Positions 28,504 through 38,500 of a stretch of 64,000 bases of DNA are shown here, piece after piece. This DNA comes from Candidatus Hadarchaeota archaeon. Lineage in GTDB: Archaea > CAYQAE01 > CAYVLA01. A program made the position numbers and the translations under genes. The notes beneath the pieces are model-generated. The model worked only from the letters and a program-made list of their open reading frames with translations, had not been told where the DNA came from and ran no database searches. The DNA lies in assembly GCA_964452145.1 (NCBI GenBank), contig CAYVLA010000003.1, positions 45,020 to 109,019 of the forward strand. The letters are read 5' to 3'. Each line of letters starts with the position of its first letter. The stretch's first letter is position 1.

Positions 28504-29208
28504 TCAGCTCTGAACCCATGGGGCGGTGAGGGTCCGAACGAGGAGGATGAAGCAGATGCCTACCGACAGAATGGAGATGTACACCAGCAGTCCGCCGAAC
28601 AGGGGAATCAGGCTGAGCACCGCCCCCGCCATCATCAGGACCCCCGACCCGCGCATGAAGTCATGGTCCAACTCCCTTCCGACCCTGTGTATCTCATAGC
28701 CGCCGGAGACCGCACCGGCGAGGAGTCCGATCAGGCCCAGCACTCCTGCGGTGGCTAGGACGATCAGGGAGGGGGCCATCTGGCCCGCCGCCAGGTCGGT
28801 CGCATTGCCGCTCTCCAGAACCTCGATCAATCCACGGATGGCGGAGGGGACTATGAGGTAGCTTGCGGCCGTCATGGCGCCAGTCAGAATGAAGCAGAGG
28901 CAAGCAATGAATGCGAGGCTCCTCCTGGTCATCCTCCACACGCCGGCGAAGCCCAGAGAGAAGAGGAAGTAGCCCGACAGCTGCACGAGGACGAAGGGCC
29001 AGATTCCCGCGATGTGTTCCTCAACTTTGGGCAGGGCCTCTTTCAGGGCCTCGGCAGCCTCCTCCGGGTCCTGTCCGGATGCAAAGGCCGAGCTTATGTT
29101 GGCGGATCCGACGAAGAGGCCCGATGACAATCCCTGGGAGATCAGCGCGCCCAGGATCGCCAGAACGGCGCCCAGGGCTCCCGAGTAGAACAAGATCTTC
29201 AGATTCAG
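28504..29208 (-). CDS. Multi-pass membrane protein (DUF996-like C-terminus)
   Basis: Several hydrophobic helices; start uncertain (CTG 29208 or TTG 29193). Confidence 0.6.
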   Translation of the reverse strand: MNLKILFYSGALGAVLAILGALISQGLSSGLFVGSANISSAFASGQDPEEAAEALKEALPKVEEHIAGIWPFVLVQLSGYFLFSLGFAGVWRMTRRSLAFIACLCFILTGAMTAASYLIVPSAIRGLIEVLESGNATDLAAGQMAPSLIVLATAGVLGLIGLLAGAVSGGYEIHRVGRELDHDFMRGSGVLMMAGAVLSLIPLFGGLLVYISILSVGICFILLVRTLTAPWVQS

Positions 29209-29855
29209 GCTCGTTCCCCCTTGTCCTCTCGAAGCCTCAGCAACCACTCTGGGTCGGATGCTCTCCTCCTCTTCCTGGTCTCCCTTCTTCTGGCGGACCT
29301 CACCACTAATCCCACAACGACGGGCAGAACGGGCATGCCCAGTATCACGGAGTACGACCACTGGCTAAGACCAGGCACTATCCTGATCCTCGGCCCGAAG
29401 GCCATATCCCCGGCCTCAGAGGAGACCGTCCTGCCATCCAGTTCAAAGGTTGCCCTGATCTTGAGGAAGTAGTAGCCTCTCTCCGGCATCCTTATCGCGA
29501 AGATCCCGGATGTGACCGAGGGTCCGACCAGTAACGGCCACGACGCGTTTGCGCGGTGGACTATCCAGCCATCATCCATGGGACCGTAGGTCTCATTGAC
29601 CGGGTCGTACGAAAAGACTTGAACCATCACGTTCGTCAGGGTCAAGTTTGCGAGCACGAGGTTGAACGCTAGCTGAAACTCCTGGTCAACATCGTACTTC
29701 GGGCCGAGGCCGGGTCCGGTTTCAGGGGAGGTGATCACCAAGGATACGGGGCCAAGGCCCTGATCCACGTTAACCCCGGCGGGCCGGACAACGATCTGGG
29801 CCGTCCCGATCGACAGCAAGATCATCGATACTACCAGGCAAGCTGGCCATCTCAC
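29205..29855 (-). CDS. Secreted, C-terminally anchored beta-rich protein in ABC operon
   Basis: Signal peptide, C-terminal TM plus Arg-rich tail; overlaps permease stop (GTGA). Confidence 0.65.
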   Translation of the reverse strand: MRWPACLVVSMILLSIGTAQIVVRPAGVNVDQGLGPVSLVITSPETGPGLGPKYDVDQEFQLAFNLVLANLTLTNVMVQVFSYDPVNETYGPMDDGWIVHRANASWPLLVGPSVTSGIFAIRMPERGYYFLKIRATFELDGRTVSSEAGDMAFGPRIRIVPGLSQWSYSVILGMPVLPVVVGLVVRSARRRETRKRRRASDPEWLLRLREDKGERA

Positions 29856-30658
29856 GGCAGATCACTCTCCCTGAGGCCAAGGACGCAGATCGCTCCGATG
29901 AGGAAGATAACCGTATAGGCAAGGAGGCCGGCCACACCCCACCAAGCATCCTGGCCGTTCTGGAAGAGCTGCTCGGTCACCAAGCCGGAGTACCTGATCA
30001 CGGAGAGGTTGCGGAGGAAGTTGAGGACGTCCATCACGGACTGGAACCCCGCGAAGAGCTGCCGTGCAACCGATATGCCCATGAAGCCAAAGAGGATTCC
30101 CAGGCTTCCCAGAGCCGAGGACTTCACCGACGAACTCACACTTGATACGAAGATGGCGAGCGACCCCACGGCGCTCACCACAAGAATCGTCGAAGCATAG
30201 CCAAGAGCGAGCTTGTCCCAGCCGACATGCCCCACGAGGGCCTTGCCACCTAGGACGAAGTACAGGATGGAGATCCCGAGGATGACCATCCAGGTCAAGA
30301 CTATGGTGATGTACTTGCCCGCCACTATCGAAGAGGACGATATGGGCGAGGCCTTCACCAGGGGCAATGTGCGCAGGGCCTTCTCGCTTACGATGGCATC
30401 CATCGAGAAAGTGACCGCGAAGAACAACCCCAGCAGGGATAGGAGGGCGACGATCATCTCCACGATCGGGCTCGTCCCCATCGGTATCTCGGTCTGCAGC
30501 CACATGAAGAAGCTTATACCAATGAAGGCGATCGTCGCCATCAGGTAAGCTCTCAGGCTCAGGAACGTGTCCCTCAGCTCCTTCCTCACAACGATGAGGC
30601 TGGAGGGGAGATCCCTTAGGCCCACAACCAAGCGATGCCGCGCCAGGGCCGCGTCCAT
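29852..30658 (-). CDS. ABC-2 type exporter permease
   Basis: VVRKELR, IVSEK..RTL, GKY, about 6 TM. Confidence 0.85.
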   Translation of the reverse strand: MDAALARHRLVVGLRDLPSSLIVVRKELRDTFLSLRAYLMATIAFIGISFFMWLQTEIPMGTSPIVEMIVALLSLLGLFFAVTFSMDAIVSEKALRTLPLVKASPISSSSIVAGKYITIVLTWMVILGISILYFVLGGKALVGHVGWDKLALGYASTILVVSAVGSLAIFVSSVSSSVKSSALGSLGILFGFMGISVARQLFAGFQSVMDVLNFLRNLSVIRYSGLVTEQLFQNGQDAWWGVAGLLAYTVIFLIGAICVLGLRESDLP

Positions 30659-31594
30659 CTAGGCATCCTCCGTGTAGCTCATGAAGACATCCTCCAGCGT
30701 GGGTTCCTGAAGGTTCATGGAGAGGAGCTCGGCGCCGGATTCCACGAGCAGCCTGGCCAGTTCGGGCCTCTTCTCATCGCAGGTTGCTGCCTCGACATGG
30801 ATCTGTCCGGCCTGCTTGAGACTGACCGACTTAACCCAAGGAAGGGACCTGACCTTGGCGACAGCCTCCTCGGTCGGAAGCCCCCCGACGCCCATCTCCA
30901 CCTCTATGACGTTGGACACCCTGACTTTGTCCCGCAGATTATCGGGGCTATCCAGGGCCACTATCTTGCCCTTGTTCACGATGCCGACCTCCTGGCAGAT
31001 CATCTCGACTTCCGGCAGGATGTGGGTGCATATGAAGATCGTCTTACCTCCTTCGCCCAGTGATCGTATCAGCTCTCGGACCTCCCTTGTTCCCCTCGGG
31101 TCAAGGCCCGATGTCGGTTCGTCGAGGAACATGAGCTTGGGGTCGTGTATCAGGAGCCTGGCTATGTTGAGCCGCTGCCTCATGCCCAGGGAGAAGGATC
31201 TTACCTCGAGGTTGTGTTCGCCCCACAGCCCCACCGTCTTGAGGGCCGCCTCGATCTTGGCGTCAAGATCACCAACCCGGAACAAACGTCCGAAGTAGCG
31301 CAGGAACTCCGTGGGGGTCATCTCGGGGTAGTAGCCTGGCGACTCGGGCATGTATCCCACGAGCTTCTTCACTGCCATGTAGTCCCTGGTGACATCCAGA
31401 CCCCAGACCTTCGCAGTCCCCGAGGTGGGGCGAATCAGGCAGGCCAGCATCCTGATCGTGGTCGTCTTGCCTGCGCCGTTGGGTCCAAGGAAGCCGAAGA
31501 TCCTGCCCTTCTCCACCTCAAGGTCTACTCTGTCGACGGCCGCGAAGCCATCAAAAACCTTTGTAAGTCCCCTGCATTCTACGGCAAGATCCAT
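30659..31594 (-). CDS. ABC exporter ATP-binding subunit
   Basis: GPNGAGKTT, FSLGMRQR, LDEPTSGLDP, C-terminal PTLEDVF. Confidence 0.95.
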   Translation of the reverse strand: MDLAVECRGLTKVFDGFAAVDRVDLEVEKGRIFGFLGPNGAGKTTTIRMLACLIRPTSGTAKVWGLDVTRDYMAVKKLVGYMPESPGYYPEMTPTEFLRYFGRLFRVGDLDAKIEAALKTVGLWGEHNLEVRSFSLGMRQRLNIARLLIHDPKLMFLDEPTSGLDPRGTREVRELIRSLGEGGKTIFICTHILPEVEMICQEVGIVNKGKIVALDSPDNLRDKVRVSNVIEVEMGVGGLPTEEAVAKVRSLPWVKSVSLKQAGQIHVEAATCDEKRPELARLLVESGAELLSMNLQEPTLEDVFMSYTEDA

Positions 31595-31842
31595 GGTATG
31601 GCCTCAACGGGTCTGCAAGGCGTCTTGAGACGGATAACCACTGGGCTAAAAAGCCTGCTAAAAAGGCTATCTTCTGACGATCCACCTGTCGGATACGGTC
31701 CATACTTGAAGAAGAAGCGAGCGCAAGGCAGACCGGGGGGCGAAGCTGCTCTTCCCCTGCCAGGACGGCTCGGTGCTAGGTGCTAGGTGCGAAACAGTTA
31801 ATAGAAATTTCCACCCCAACCCACAGCTTGGTTGTGATACGT

Positions 31843-32265
31843 ATGGCCCAGAAGCCGAAGAGACCCATGCCCAAGAAGTGGATAATACTCCTGACCGTCG
31901 TGGTGGTTGCGGTCATCGTTGTCGCCCTCCTAGCGACCTACAAGTCCCCGTCCATCCAAACCTCAGTGAAGTCGATCGCATGGGTAGGGGAGGACCAGTT
32001 GAACCTGACCCTCACCTACACCACCAAGGACGTCAACGTTACGTCGGATGAATACAGCGTCAGGGTGGATGCCTGGAGGACGGTGGATTCGACCCAGGAG
32101 ACCAAGACGGCGCTAACGGTGCCCCTCCCCAACATCAACCCGGAGTCCTCCGCCGACCAGACTCTGGTGCTTGAGGGATTGAAGGGCTACACGGACCTGA
32201 ACATATACATACGGAGGGGCGGCAAGAGAATCGTTTACATAGCCCAACGAATCCCCATAGCGTAG
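31843..32265 (+). CDS. Hypothetical N-terminally anchored protein
   Basis: Basic N-terminus, TM helix, beta-rich ectodomain; 18 bp upstream of the radical SAM gene. Confidence 0.65.
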   Translation: MAQKPKRPMPKKWIILLTVVVVAVIVVALLATYKSPSIQTSVKSIAWVGEDQLNLTLTYTTKDVNVTSDEYSVRVDAWRTVDSTQETKTALTVPLPNINPESSADQTLVLEGLKGYTDLNIYIRRGGKRIVYIAQRIPIA

Positions 32266-32283
32266 GTACTCGGGGGGCCGGAT

Positions 32284-33822
32284 GTGGCCAAGGTTGTTCT
32301 GACCGCGGATCGAACTCTCATGTCGGAACATCAGAACAACATGTTCTTTGGCTTCTCGGCTTCCTTTCCCAAGAAGTTCATGCCGGGGCCCATCTACTAC
32401 AGGATGTTCGCCCCCAGCGTTCCGCACAGAGAGGGGAGAGCCCTGGTGGCTCCCTACGCCCTTCGCAAGATGGAGGCGGCACTGGTCTCGGCCGGATATC
32501 CCCAGGAGGAGGTGGTCGTTGCTCACCCCGAGCACCTGGATCGGTTCATCGGCACCGACACGTTGATCCTGGCGGTGTCCACGATGGATCCCCTTGGATA
32601 TGGACCCGTCACGTCCACCTTCACCAAGATCTACGAAAACCCGGTCTATGTGCCCGGCAAGTTCCGGGAGATCCTCACCGATCCGGCTGTGCAGAAGCAC
32701 CGACCCAAGATCGTGGTTGGCGGTCCCGGGTCCTGGCAGCTCGACAAATACCCCGGCCCAAGGGACGAGCTTGGCATTGACTGCGTCGTTACCGGCGAGG
32801 GTGAGATCACCTTTCCCCGGTTGGTGAAGATGGCCGAGTCTGGGGAGCCACTGCCACGATCCATCGAGGGCGAGGTGGTCCCCGTGGAGAAGATGCCGAT
32901 CATACTGAACCCCTCCATCAATGCTCTGGTTGAGATCGCCCGGGGCTGCGGGAGGGGCTGCGATTTCTGTACTCCGACGCTTCAGAAGCTCCGCTGTCGC
33001 CCGATCCCCGACATCCTGAAGGAGGTGGAGGTCAACACCCGGGACGGACACACGCAGATATACATGCACGGCGAGGATGTCTGGCGCTACGGCGCGAAGG
33101 GCGTCAGGCCGGACAAGCAGAAGGTACTCGACCTGTTCCGCGCGATCTACGAGTATGGTCCCGTTTCCAAGGTGTTCCCGTCCCACGGAGCCCTGGCGTC
33201 GGTTGCCTGTGAGAAGACCCTGCTGCCGGAGGTGTCGGAGGTGCTGGAGATGGACGAGCATTCCGTCAACTCTTACCAGACGGGCATCGAGACGGGCTCG
33301 GTTGAGATGGTTAAGAAGCATATGCGCGGCAAGGTGAGGCCCTTCCGGCCGGAGGAGTGGCCCCAAGTCGTGCGCGAGGCCTTCGAGATCTCCATCGATT
33401 CCAACTGGATCCCGTGCGCGACCATGATCACGGGGCTTCCGGGAGAGACCGAGGATGACATCATCAAGTCCATAGAGCTCGCTGACAGGCTTGATGACAT
33501 GCCGTCCGGAATCTTTCCGCTGTTCTTCGTGGGCATGGGGAACATGCTCGATGAGAAGAGCTTCACCCATGAGGACATGACCCCGCTTCACTGGGAGTTC
33601 ATGGTGAGGTGCTGGGAGCACAATATGAGGTACTTCCCCTTCTTTGCCAGACATGGCGGGATGAGGAGCCGTTTCTGGAATGCGGTTCTTGAGTACGTCC
33701 TCATTCCCTTGGGCCGCAGGAAACTGAATGACTACGCCGTCGAGATGAGGCAGGAGATGGGTGATAAGATAAGGGATCGTCTGGGCGGGGGAACCTCAGG
33801 GCACCTTCCCAAACCAGCATGA
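32284..33822 (+). CDS. B12-binding-like radical SAM protein, Grs/Gms (GDGT-modifying) family-like
   Basis: CxxxCxxC (CGRGCDFC), VVGGPG, GEGE, GIETGS; N-terminus VVLTAD...APYALRK.E resembles GDGT ring synthase homologues as recalled. Confidence 0.75.
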   Translation: MAKVVLTADRTLMSEHQNNMFFGFSASFPKKFMPGPIYYRMFAPSVPHREGRALVAPYALRKMEAALVSAGYPQEEVVVAHPEHLDRFIGTDTLILAVSTMDPLGYGPVTSTFTKIYENPVYVPGKFREILTDPAVQKHRPKIVVGGPGSWQLDKYPGPRDELGIDCVVTGEGEITFPRLVKMAESGEPLPRSIEGEVVPVEKMPIILNPSINALVEIARGCGRGCDFCTPTLQKLRCRPIPDILKEVEVNTRDGHTQIYMHGEDVWRYGAKGVRPDKQKVLDLFRAIYEYGPVSKVFPSHGALASVACEKTLLPEVSEVLEMDEHSVNSYQTGIETGSVEMVKKHMRGKVRPFRPEEWPQVVREAFEISIDSNWIPCATMITGLPGETEDDIIKSIELADRLDDMPSGIFPLFFVGMGNMLDEKSFTHEDMTPLHWEFMVRCWEHNMRYFPFFARHGGMRSRFWNAVLEYVLIPLGRRKLNDYAVEMRQEMGDKIRDRLGGGTSGHLPKPA

Positions 33823-33884
33823 CAGGGGTTTTAGACCGGGCTTTATGATCTTTGAGCCACAGCGCCACGGGATAGGAGACTAGC

Positions 33885-34307
33885 ATGTCTAAGGATACAT
33901 GGCAGTCAAGCTACGCCTTTCACTACAGGGGGGCGGCCAAGATCCTTGAGGAAGTCCTCGGGCAGATGGGCCTTGCCTTCTCCCACTCCCAGGTAGAGAA
34001 CGGGGACGACTTCGATGCAGAGGGCGGTGCCTATACGATCAGGCTATACCACGATAGGTACAGGATGAGGACGGGATTCGGCTTTCCGGGCTGGCTGAAG
34101 CCCGAGGACATCAGCGACATCATGATCTCCCCGATCGACCAGTCCCTCTATCCCAAGATCTCCTCGATGCTGAGCAAGTTCGTGGACAGATCGCCGGTCA
34201 AGCCGTGGGACTTCGGGCTCAAAGTCAAGGCCCACAGCGTTGGCATCGCGGGGAGGACCAGGAAGAGGTGGGAGAAGTATCTGGGGAAGGCTGGTGTGGG
34301 TGTCTGA
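33885..34307 (+). CDS. Hypothetical protein
   Basis: 140-aa ORF with AGGAG RBS; overlaps the downstream ABC ATPase start. Confidence 0.6.
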   Translation: MSKDTWQSSYAFHYRGAAKILEEVLGQMGLAFSHSQVENGDDFDAEGGAYTIRLYHDRYRMRTGFGFPGWLKPEDISDIMISPIDQSLYPKISSMLSKFVDRSPVKPWDFGLKVKAHSVGIAGRTRKRWEKYLGKAGVGV

Positions 34308-35238
34308 TTCCGAACCGGCGGTTGCTGCCCAGGGCCTTGTGAAGAGATTCCGATGGCTCACTGCCGTGGACGGCCTATCCCTGGAGGTGAAGCGGGGAGA
34401 GGTATTCGGCCTCCTCGGGCCCAACGGGGCTGGAAAGACCACGACCGTCAGGATGATCTGTACCCTCATCCCGCCCAGCTCGGGTACGGTGACCGTTCTG
34501 GGGAGGGACGTTCAGGGGGACCCCATAGGTGTGAGGAGTTGCATAGGCCTCCTGCCCGAGACGCCCTCACTCTACGAGAGCCTTTCCGCCGAGGAGAACC
34601 TGAGGTTCTACTGTGAGATGTACGGTGTATCCAAGGCGGAATCGTCGCAGCGCATAGACGAACTGTTGGGCATTTTCGGCCTATCGGCTCGCCGGGCCTT
34701 TAAGGTCAAGACCTTCTCCAAGGGCATGAAGCAGAAACTGGCCTTGGCCCGCGCCCTCGTGCATGACCCTCCGGTGGTCTTTTTGGACGAGCCCACTGCC
34801 GGCCTCGATCCGGAATCAGCCAAGATGGTCCGCGACAACATCGCCGAGATGAGTCGCGGTGCCGGAAAGACCATTTTCCTCTGCACCCACAACCTGGTGG
34901 AGGCGGAATCGCTTTGTTCCAGGGTCGCCATCATCAAGTCCGGGAAGATAATCAGAATCGGGTCTCCCCGAGAACTCGGAGGTGAAGGGGGCGAAGCGGT
35001 TACGTACGTCTTGGTTCTCAGGAGGGTCGAGACGGCACTGGTGGAGGCCCTTCGCGGTCTGGACTACGTAAGGGGCGCGGAGGCAAGGGACGGATCGGTC
35101 GAGGTCCGCATCGAATCGCCATCCGACAACGCTCCCAGGCTTGTGGAGGCCGTCTTGAACAACGGTGGAGAGATCGTGGAGTTCCGCCGGGAAGCCAGGA
35201 CCCTGGAGGACGTATACCTGGAAGCGGTGAGGCCGTGA
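34300..35238 (+). CDS. ABC exporter ATP-binding subunit
   Basis: GPNGAGKTT, FSKGMKQK, LDEPTAGLDP, TLEDVY; start GTG 34300. Confidence 0.94.
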   Translation: MSDSEPAVAAQGLVKRFRWLTAVDGLSLEVKRGEVFGLLGPNGAGKTTTVRMICTLIPPSSGTVTVLGRDVQGDPIGVRSCIGLLPETPSLYESLSAEENLRFYCEMYGVSKAESSQRIDELLGIFGLSARRAFKVKTFSKGMKQKLALARALVHDPPVVFLDEPTAGLDPESAKMVRDNIAEMSRGAGKTIFLCTHNLVEAESLCSRVAIIKSGKIIRIGSPRELGGEGGEAVTYVLVLRRVETALVEALRGLDYVRGAEARDGSVEVRIESPSDNAPRLVEAVLNNGGEIVEFRREARTLEDVYLEAVRP

Positions 35239-35984
35239 GAGCACTAGCGATCGCCAGGAAGGACTTCAAGGAGTTGCCTGCTTACTTCAAGTTCAGCATC
35301 TTCCTGCTCCCAGCGGTGCTGGTCTTCATGGTTTCCCTCCTGGTCTTGGCCTCAGGTTCTGAGGAGGCGGCGACCGAGTTGCCGAATATACCCGATTCAG
35401 TCTTTCCCCCGGGCCTCACGGACGTGGAGAAGTCCATCTTCTTCGCCGTCAACTTCATGGCCCCGCCCTTCTTCTTGATGCTGGCAACCGTGCTCCCAAT
35501 CACCATCGCGGCCGATGCCTTCGCGGGCGAGCGGGAGAGGAAGACGCTTGAGGCCCTGCTGGTCCTTCCCCTGAGCAGCAAGGATCTGTTCTTCGGCAAG
35601 TGCCTGCTGCCCCTCGCCTACGGCTTCGGGGCATCGCTTTCCGCATTCGCAGTCATCACGGCGATCGTGAAGCTGTCGTTCCCGTCCGCATCACTGGCGA
35701 TGCCGAACCCCACTTGGCTGGTGCTCGTCTTCCTGGCCGTCCCGGCGTTCTCGCTTCTCGGCATCCTGGTCGAGCTGATCATCTCCACGAGGGTGGACCG
35801 AACATACTACGCGATGCAGATGGGTTCCCTGATGATACTGCCCATCATGATACTCGTAGTCGGCGGGGTCACGGGCGTCCTCATAATGGGCCCCATGCTG
35901 CTTCTGGCCCTGTCGGGCGGGATCCTTCTGCTGGACTACGTCCTCATCCAGATCGGGTCCGACTCCCTTTCCAAGGGTCTATAG
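35235..35984 (+). CDS. ABC-2 type exporter permease
   Basis: IARKDFKE, AFAGERERKTLEALL, FFGK, multiple TM. Confidence 0.88.
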   Translation: MRALAIARKDFKELPAYFKFSIFLLPAVLVFMVSLLVLASGSEEAATELPNIPDSVFPPGLTDVEKSIFFAVNFMAPPFFLMLATVLPITIAADAFAGERERKTLEALLVLPLSSKDLFFGKCLLPLAYGFGASLSAFAVITAIVKLSFPSASLAMPNPTWLVLVFLAVPAFSLLGILVELIISTRVDRTYYAMQMGSLMILPIMILVVGGVTGVLIMGPMLLLALSGGILLLDYVLIQIGSDSLSKGL

Positions 35985-37118
35985 GTCCCTGTGGAAGGTC
36001 GAGATGCTCTCCCCTCTCCTCCTCTTGTCAAGCACGACGTCCTCTATCCTCATGCCGCCTATGCTGGGCTTGGCGATGCCGGGCTCCACGGTGTGGAGGT
36101 AGTTGGAGTAGAGCTTGTCCCTTGACCCCGGTCTTATGAAGGGGGGTTCGTGACATGCGACGCCGATGCCGTGGCCGAGGAAGGGCGGGAATTCGTATCC
36201 ACCCCTCCTCACCGCCTGCCGCGCGGCCTCATCCACCCTGTCCGCGTCGACCCCGTCCCGGATGGCCCTGATGGCTGCATCCTGCCCTGCGAGTAGAAGC
36301 TCCCAGACCTTCTTCTGCTCCTCGCTCGGGTTGCCAACGACCCAAGTGCGGGTCAAGTCGCACCAGTATCCGTCGACGCAGGTGTTCAGCTCTATTAGGA
36401 CCGCGTCCCCGCCCCGCAGTCTCCTCTGGGACGAGATGTTGTACGGCCTCGGGGCCCTGAGGGAGTTGGGTCCGGACATCACGAAGGCGAACGCTCGGGC
36501 CGCCGTGGACCTACCCTGATAGCCGAAGCCCTCCTCGTAGATCGTCTTCTCGCACGCTGCTGCGACCTCGGTTTCCCGAACTCCTTCCCCGACCCTCTGG
36601 TGGGCCGCTTGGAGTCCCTCTCCCGAAAGGTCGGCCGCCAGGCGCATGGCTCGGATCTCAGATGGTGTCTTGACCTTCCTCAGCTCCAGCACCAGGCCGG
36701 TGGCGTCCACGAGCGTGGAACCTTTAAGGCTTCTCTTCAGAAACTGAAGGTGCTGAAAGCCCGCGTGGAAGTTCTCCACGCCGATCGCGTTGCCGGCAAT
36801 CATCTCAAACGACCCCTCGTATCCCACCTTGCCCTTCACACCCAGCTCCTTCAACAGAACCGCGGCCTCCTCATAGGGCTGCCCCGTGTAGATGCGCACG
36901 TCCCGGACCCATGCCTTCTCGGTGAACTCCGCCTCATAGTCAGGGGCCAGCAGGATCGGGTCCCCCTGCGCCGGCACGATGGAGAACGACCAGCCCCTGA
37001 TCGGCCAGTAGCCAGAGAAGTATAGGACGTTCTCCGAGTTCTTGCATACCAGGTAGTCCAAGCCGTCCTTCTTCATCAGGGCACGGATTCGTTCAACCTT
37101 GGCCTTCTCGAACCTCAT
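35979..37118 (-). CDS. Xaa-Pro peptidase family (M24) metallopeptidase
   Basis: RKVKT..EI, GYWCDLTRT, LGHGIG, HEPP, TVEPG, RIED. Confidence 0.9.
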   Translation of the reverse strand: MRFEKAKVERIRALMKKDGLDYLVCKNSENVLYFSGYWPIRGWSFSIVPAQGDPILLAPDYEAEFTEKAWVRDVRIYTGQPYEEAAVLLKELGVKGKVGYEGSFEMIAGNAIGVENFHAGFQHLQFLKRSLKGSTLVDATGLVLELRKVKTPSEIRAMRLAADLSGEGLQAAHQRVGEGVRETEVAAACEKTIYEEGFGYQGRSTAARAFAFVMSGPNSLRAPRPYNISSQRRLRGGDAVLIELNTCVDGYWCDLTRTWVVGNPSEEQKKVWELLLAGQDAAIRAIRDGVDADRVDEAARQAVRRGGYEFPPFLGHGIGVACHEPPFIRPGSRDKLYSNYLHTVEPGIAKPSIGGMRIEDVVLDKRRRGESISTFHRDL

Positions 37119-37179
37119 GACATCGCCGGGGTTACTCGGACCGGGTCATGATATAAATGGAGCGCGAAGGATTCGAGCC

Positions 37180-37380
37180 CTAGCCTATGTATTCCGGACA
37201 GGACCCCCGGCTTTCAAGCTTGGTCAGGCAGGGAGCACAGACGCCTCTGGGGATGTCGAAGCACTTCAAGCAGACCACCCGACCACAGCCCATGCACCTC
37301 CTCGCGTCCTCGAGGTCAACCGTCTTCCCGCAGATGGCGCATGCGACCCTCTCCAACGCCCTCCCCTTGGGTGCCCACAT
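37180..37380 (-). CDS. Small 8-Cys zinc-finger protein
   Basis: C-x2-C-x11-C-x2-C-x4-C-x2-C-x7-C-x2-C; TTATATA box at ~37404-37410 on the minus strand. Confidence 0.7.
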   Translation of the reverse strand: MWAPKGRALERVACAICGKTVDLEDARRCMGCGRVVCLKCFDIPRGVCAPCLTKLESRGSCPEYIG

Positions 37381-37423
37381 ACCCCTCTTCTTTGCCTCTG
37401 CCGTATATAAGCGCAACGGTCGC

Positions 37424-38500
37424 CTAGGCCGGGAACCTGCCGTACTTCCTGACCGCATCGAACATGGCCTGAACGTTTCGCACCGGGACGATCTCCTCTA
37501 TCTCACTGCTTGATCCAAGGACGTATCCGCCTCCCGGCCCGGCCTGGCCGATCCGTTCCACGACCTCCCTGGTCACGTCCTGCACCGTTCCCAGCGGAAG
37601 GGTTGCCGAGCAGTCGATGTTCCCGAAGAGCACGATCCTGTCCCCGATCCTCTCCTTGACTTTGAGGAGATCCATGCCGCAGAAGGGCTCCAGAGGGTGG
37701 ATGCCCGCAACCCGAGCAGCCAGGAAGTCGTCTAAGAGGGGCCAGAGATCCCCGTCCGAGTGGAAGACGTACTTGATGTCGTGCTTCCGAAAAGCCTTCA
37801 CGATCCTTCTCAGATAGGGGAAGAACAGCTCCCGCAGGAGCCGGGGATGAATGAAAGGCCCATGGTTCGTGGTAATGTCCTCCCCTCCGAAGATCACCGG
37901 GGCTATCTGGTTCTCGGCGCAGATCTTGGCATAGGTCACGTGATCCTCGCCCATGTTCTTCACATCCTTCTTGAGCCGCGCCCTCTCCGAATAAAGCACC
38001 TTTGAGAAAAGCATGAGCCCCAAGGGGCCTTGGGCGTAGTTCGCGATGCCGGGGACCCAGTTGCTGTCGTGGTAGAGATAGTAGACGGGGTCGAGCTTGT
38101 TCTGGGTCTCCCTGTAGTGCTGCAGAGCCCTGTCGGCCCATCGCGCGATCTCCTCTTCGCTGGTCCTCTCCACCGGGTTTTGGTCAAAATCCTCCAGCGT
38201 CTGGATCCTCCGCTTGACCACCCATGTGGTGTAGAAGAACTTCTTGTGAACCCACCCGTTTCGGGATACGACCTCGCCCTCCGGGGACACCCCTTCGGTG
38301 GACATGACGAATCGAAGGGCATCTATGCCAAGATCCAAGCAGGCCTTTCTCCCGGCAAGCATTATGTCTCGGTCATAGAGCTCTCCGCCGTATCTCCTCA
38401 GGAGAGTGCTCGAGGCGATGTTGTCGTGGGTGGCTATCCGGTCCAGTTCTTCGTGCTCCATCGCTTTCAGGAATCTCTCCTTCGGCTCCACGGAGGTCAC
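37424..38500 (-). CDS. Uroporphyrinogen decarboxylase / MtaA-CmuA superfamily TIM-barrel protein
   Basis: FHSDG, IHPLEP, LFGNID, GGGYVLGSS, N..AM. Confidence 0.82.
   Translation of the reverse strand: MTSVEPKERFLKAMEHEELDRIATHDNIASSTLLRRYGGELYDRDIMLAGRKACLDLGIDALRFVMSTEGVSPEGEVVSRNGWVHKKFFYTTWVVKRRIQTLEDFDQNPVERTSEEEIARWADRALQHYRETQNKLDPVYYLYHDSNWVPGIANYAQGPLGLMLFSKVLYSERARLKKDVKNMGEDHVTYAKICAENQIAPVIFGGEDITTNHGPFIHPRLLRELFFPYLRRIVKAFRKHDIKYVFHSDGDLWPLLDDFLAARVAGIHPLEPFCGMDLLKVKERIGDRIVLFGNIDCSATLPLGTVQDVTREVVERIGQAGPGGGYVLGSSSEIEEIVPVRNVQAMFDAVRKYGRFPA

Noticed and set aside
30656..30661. Amber readthrough fusion (TAG-ATG in frame; also TAG-TCC-TTG at 3362-3354)
   Set aside because: Both flanking genes are complete with normal termini; no pyrrolysine genes seen; expected by chance in compact operons
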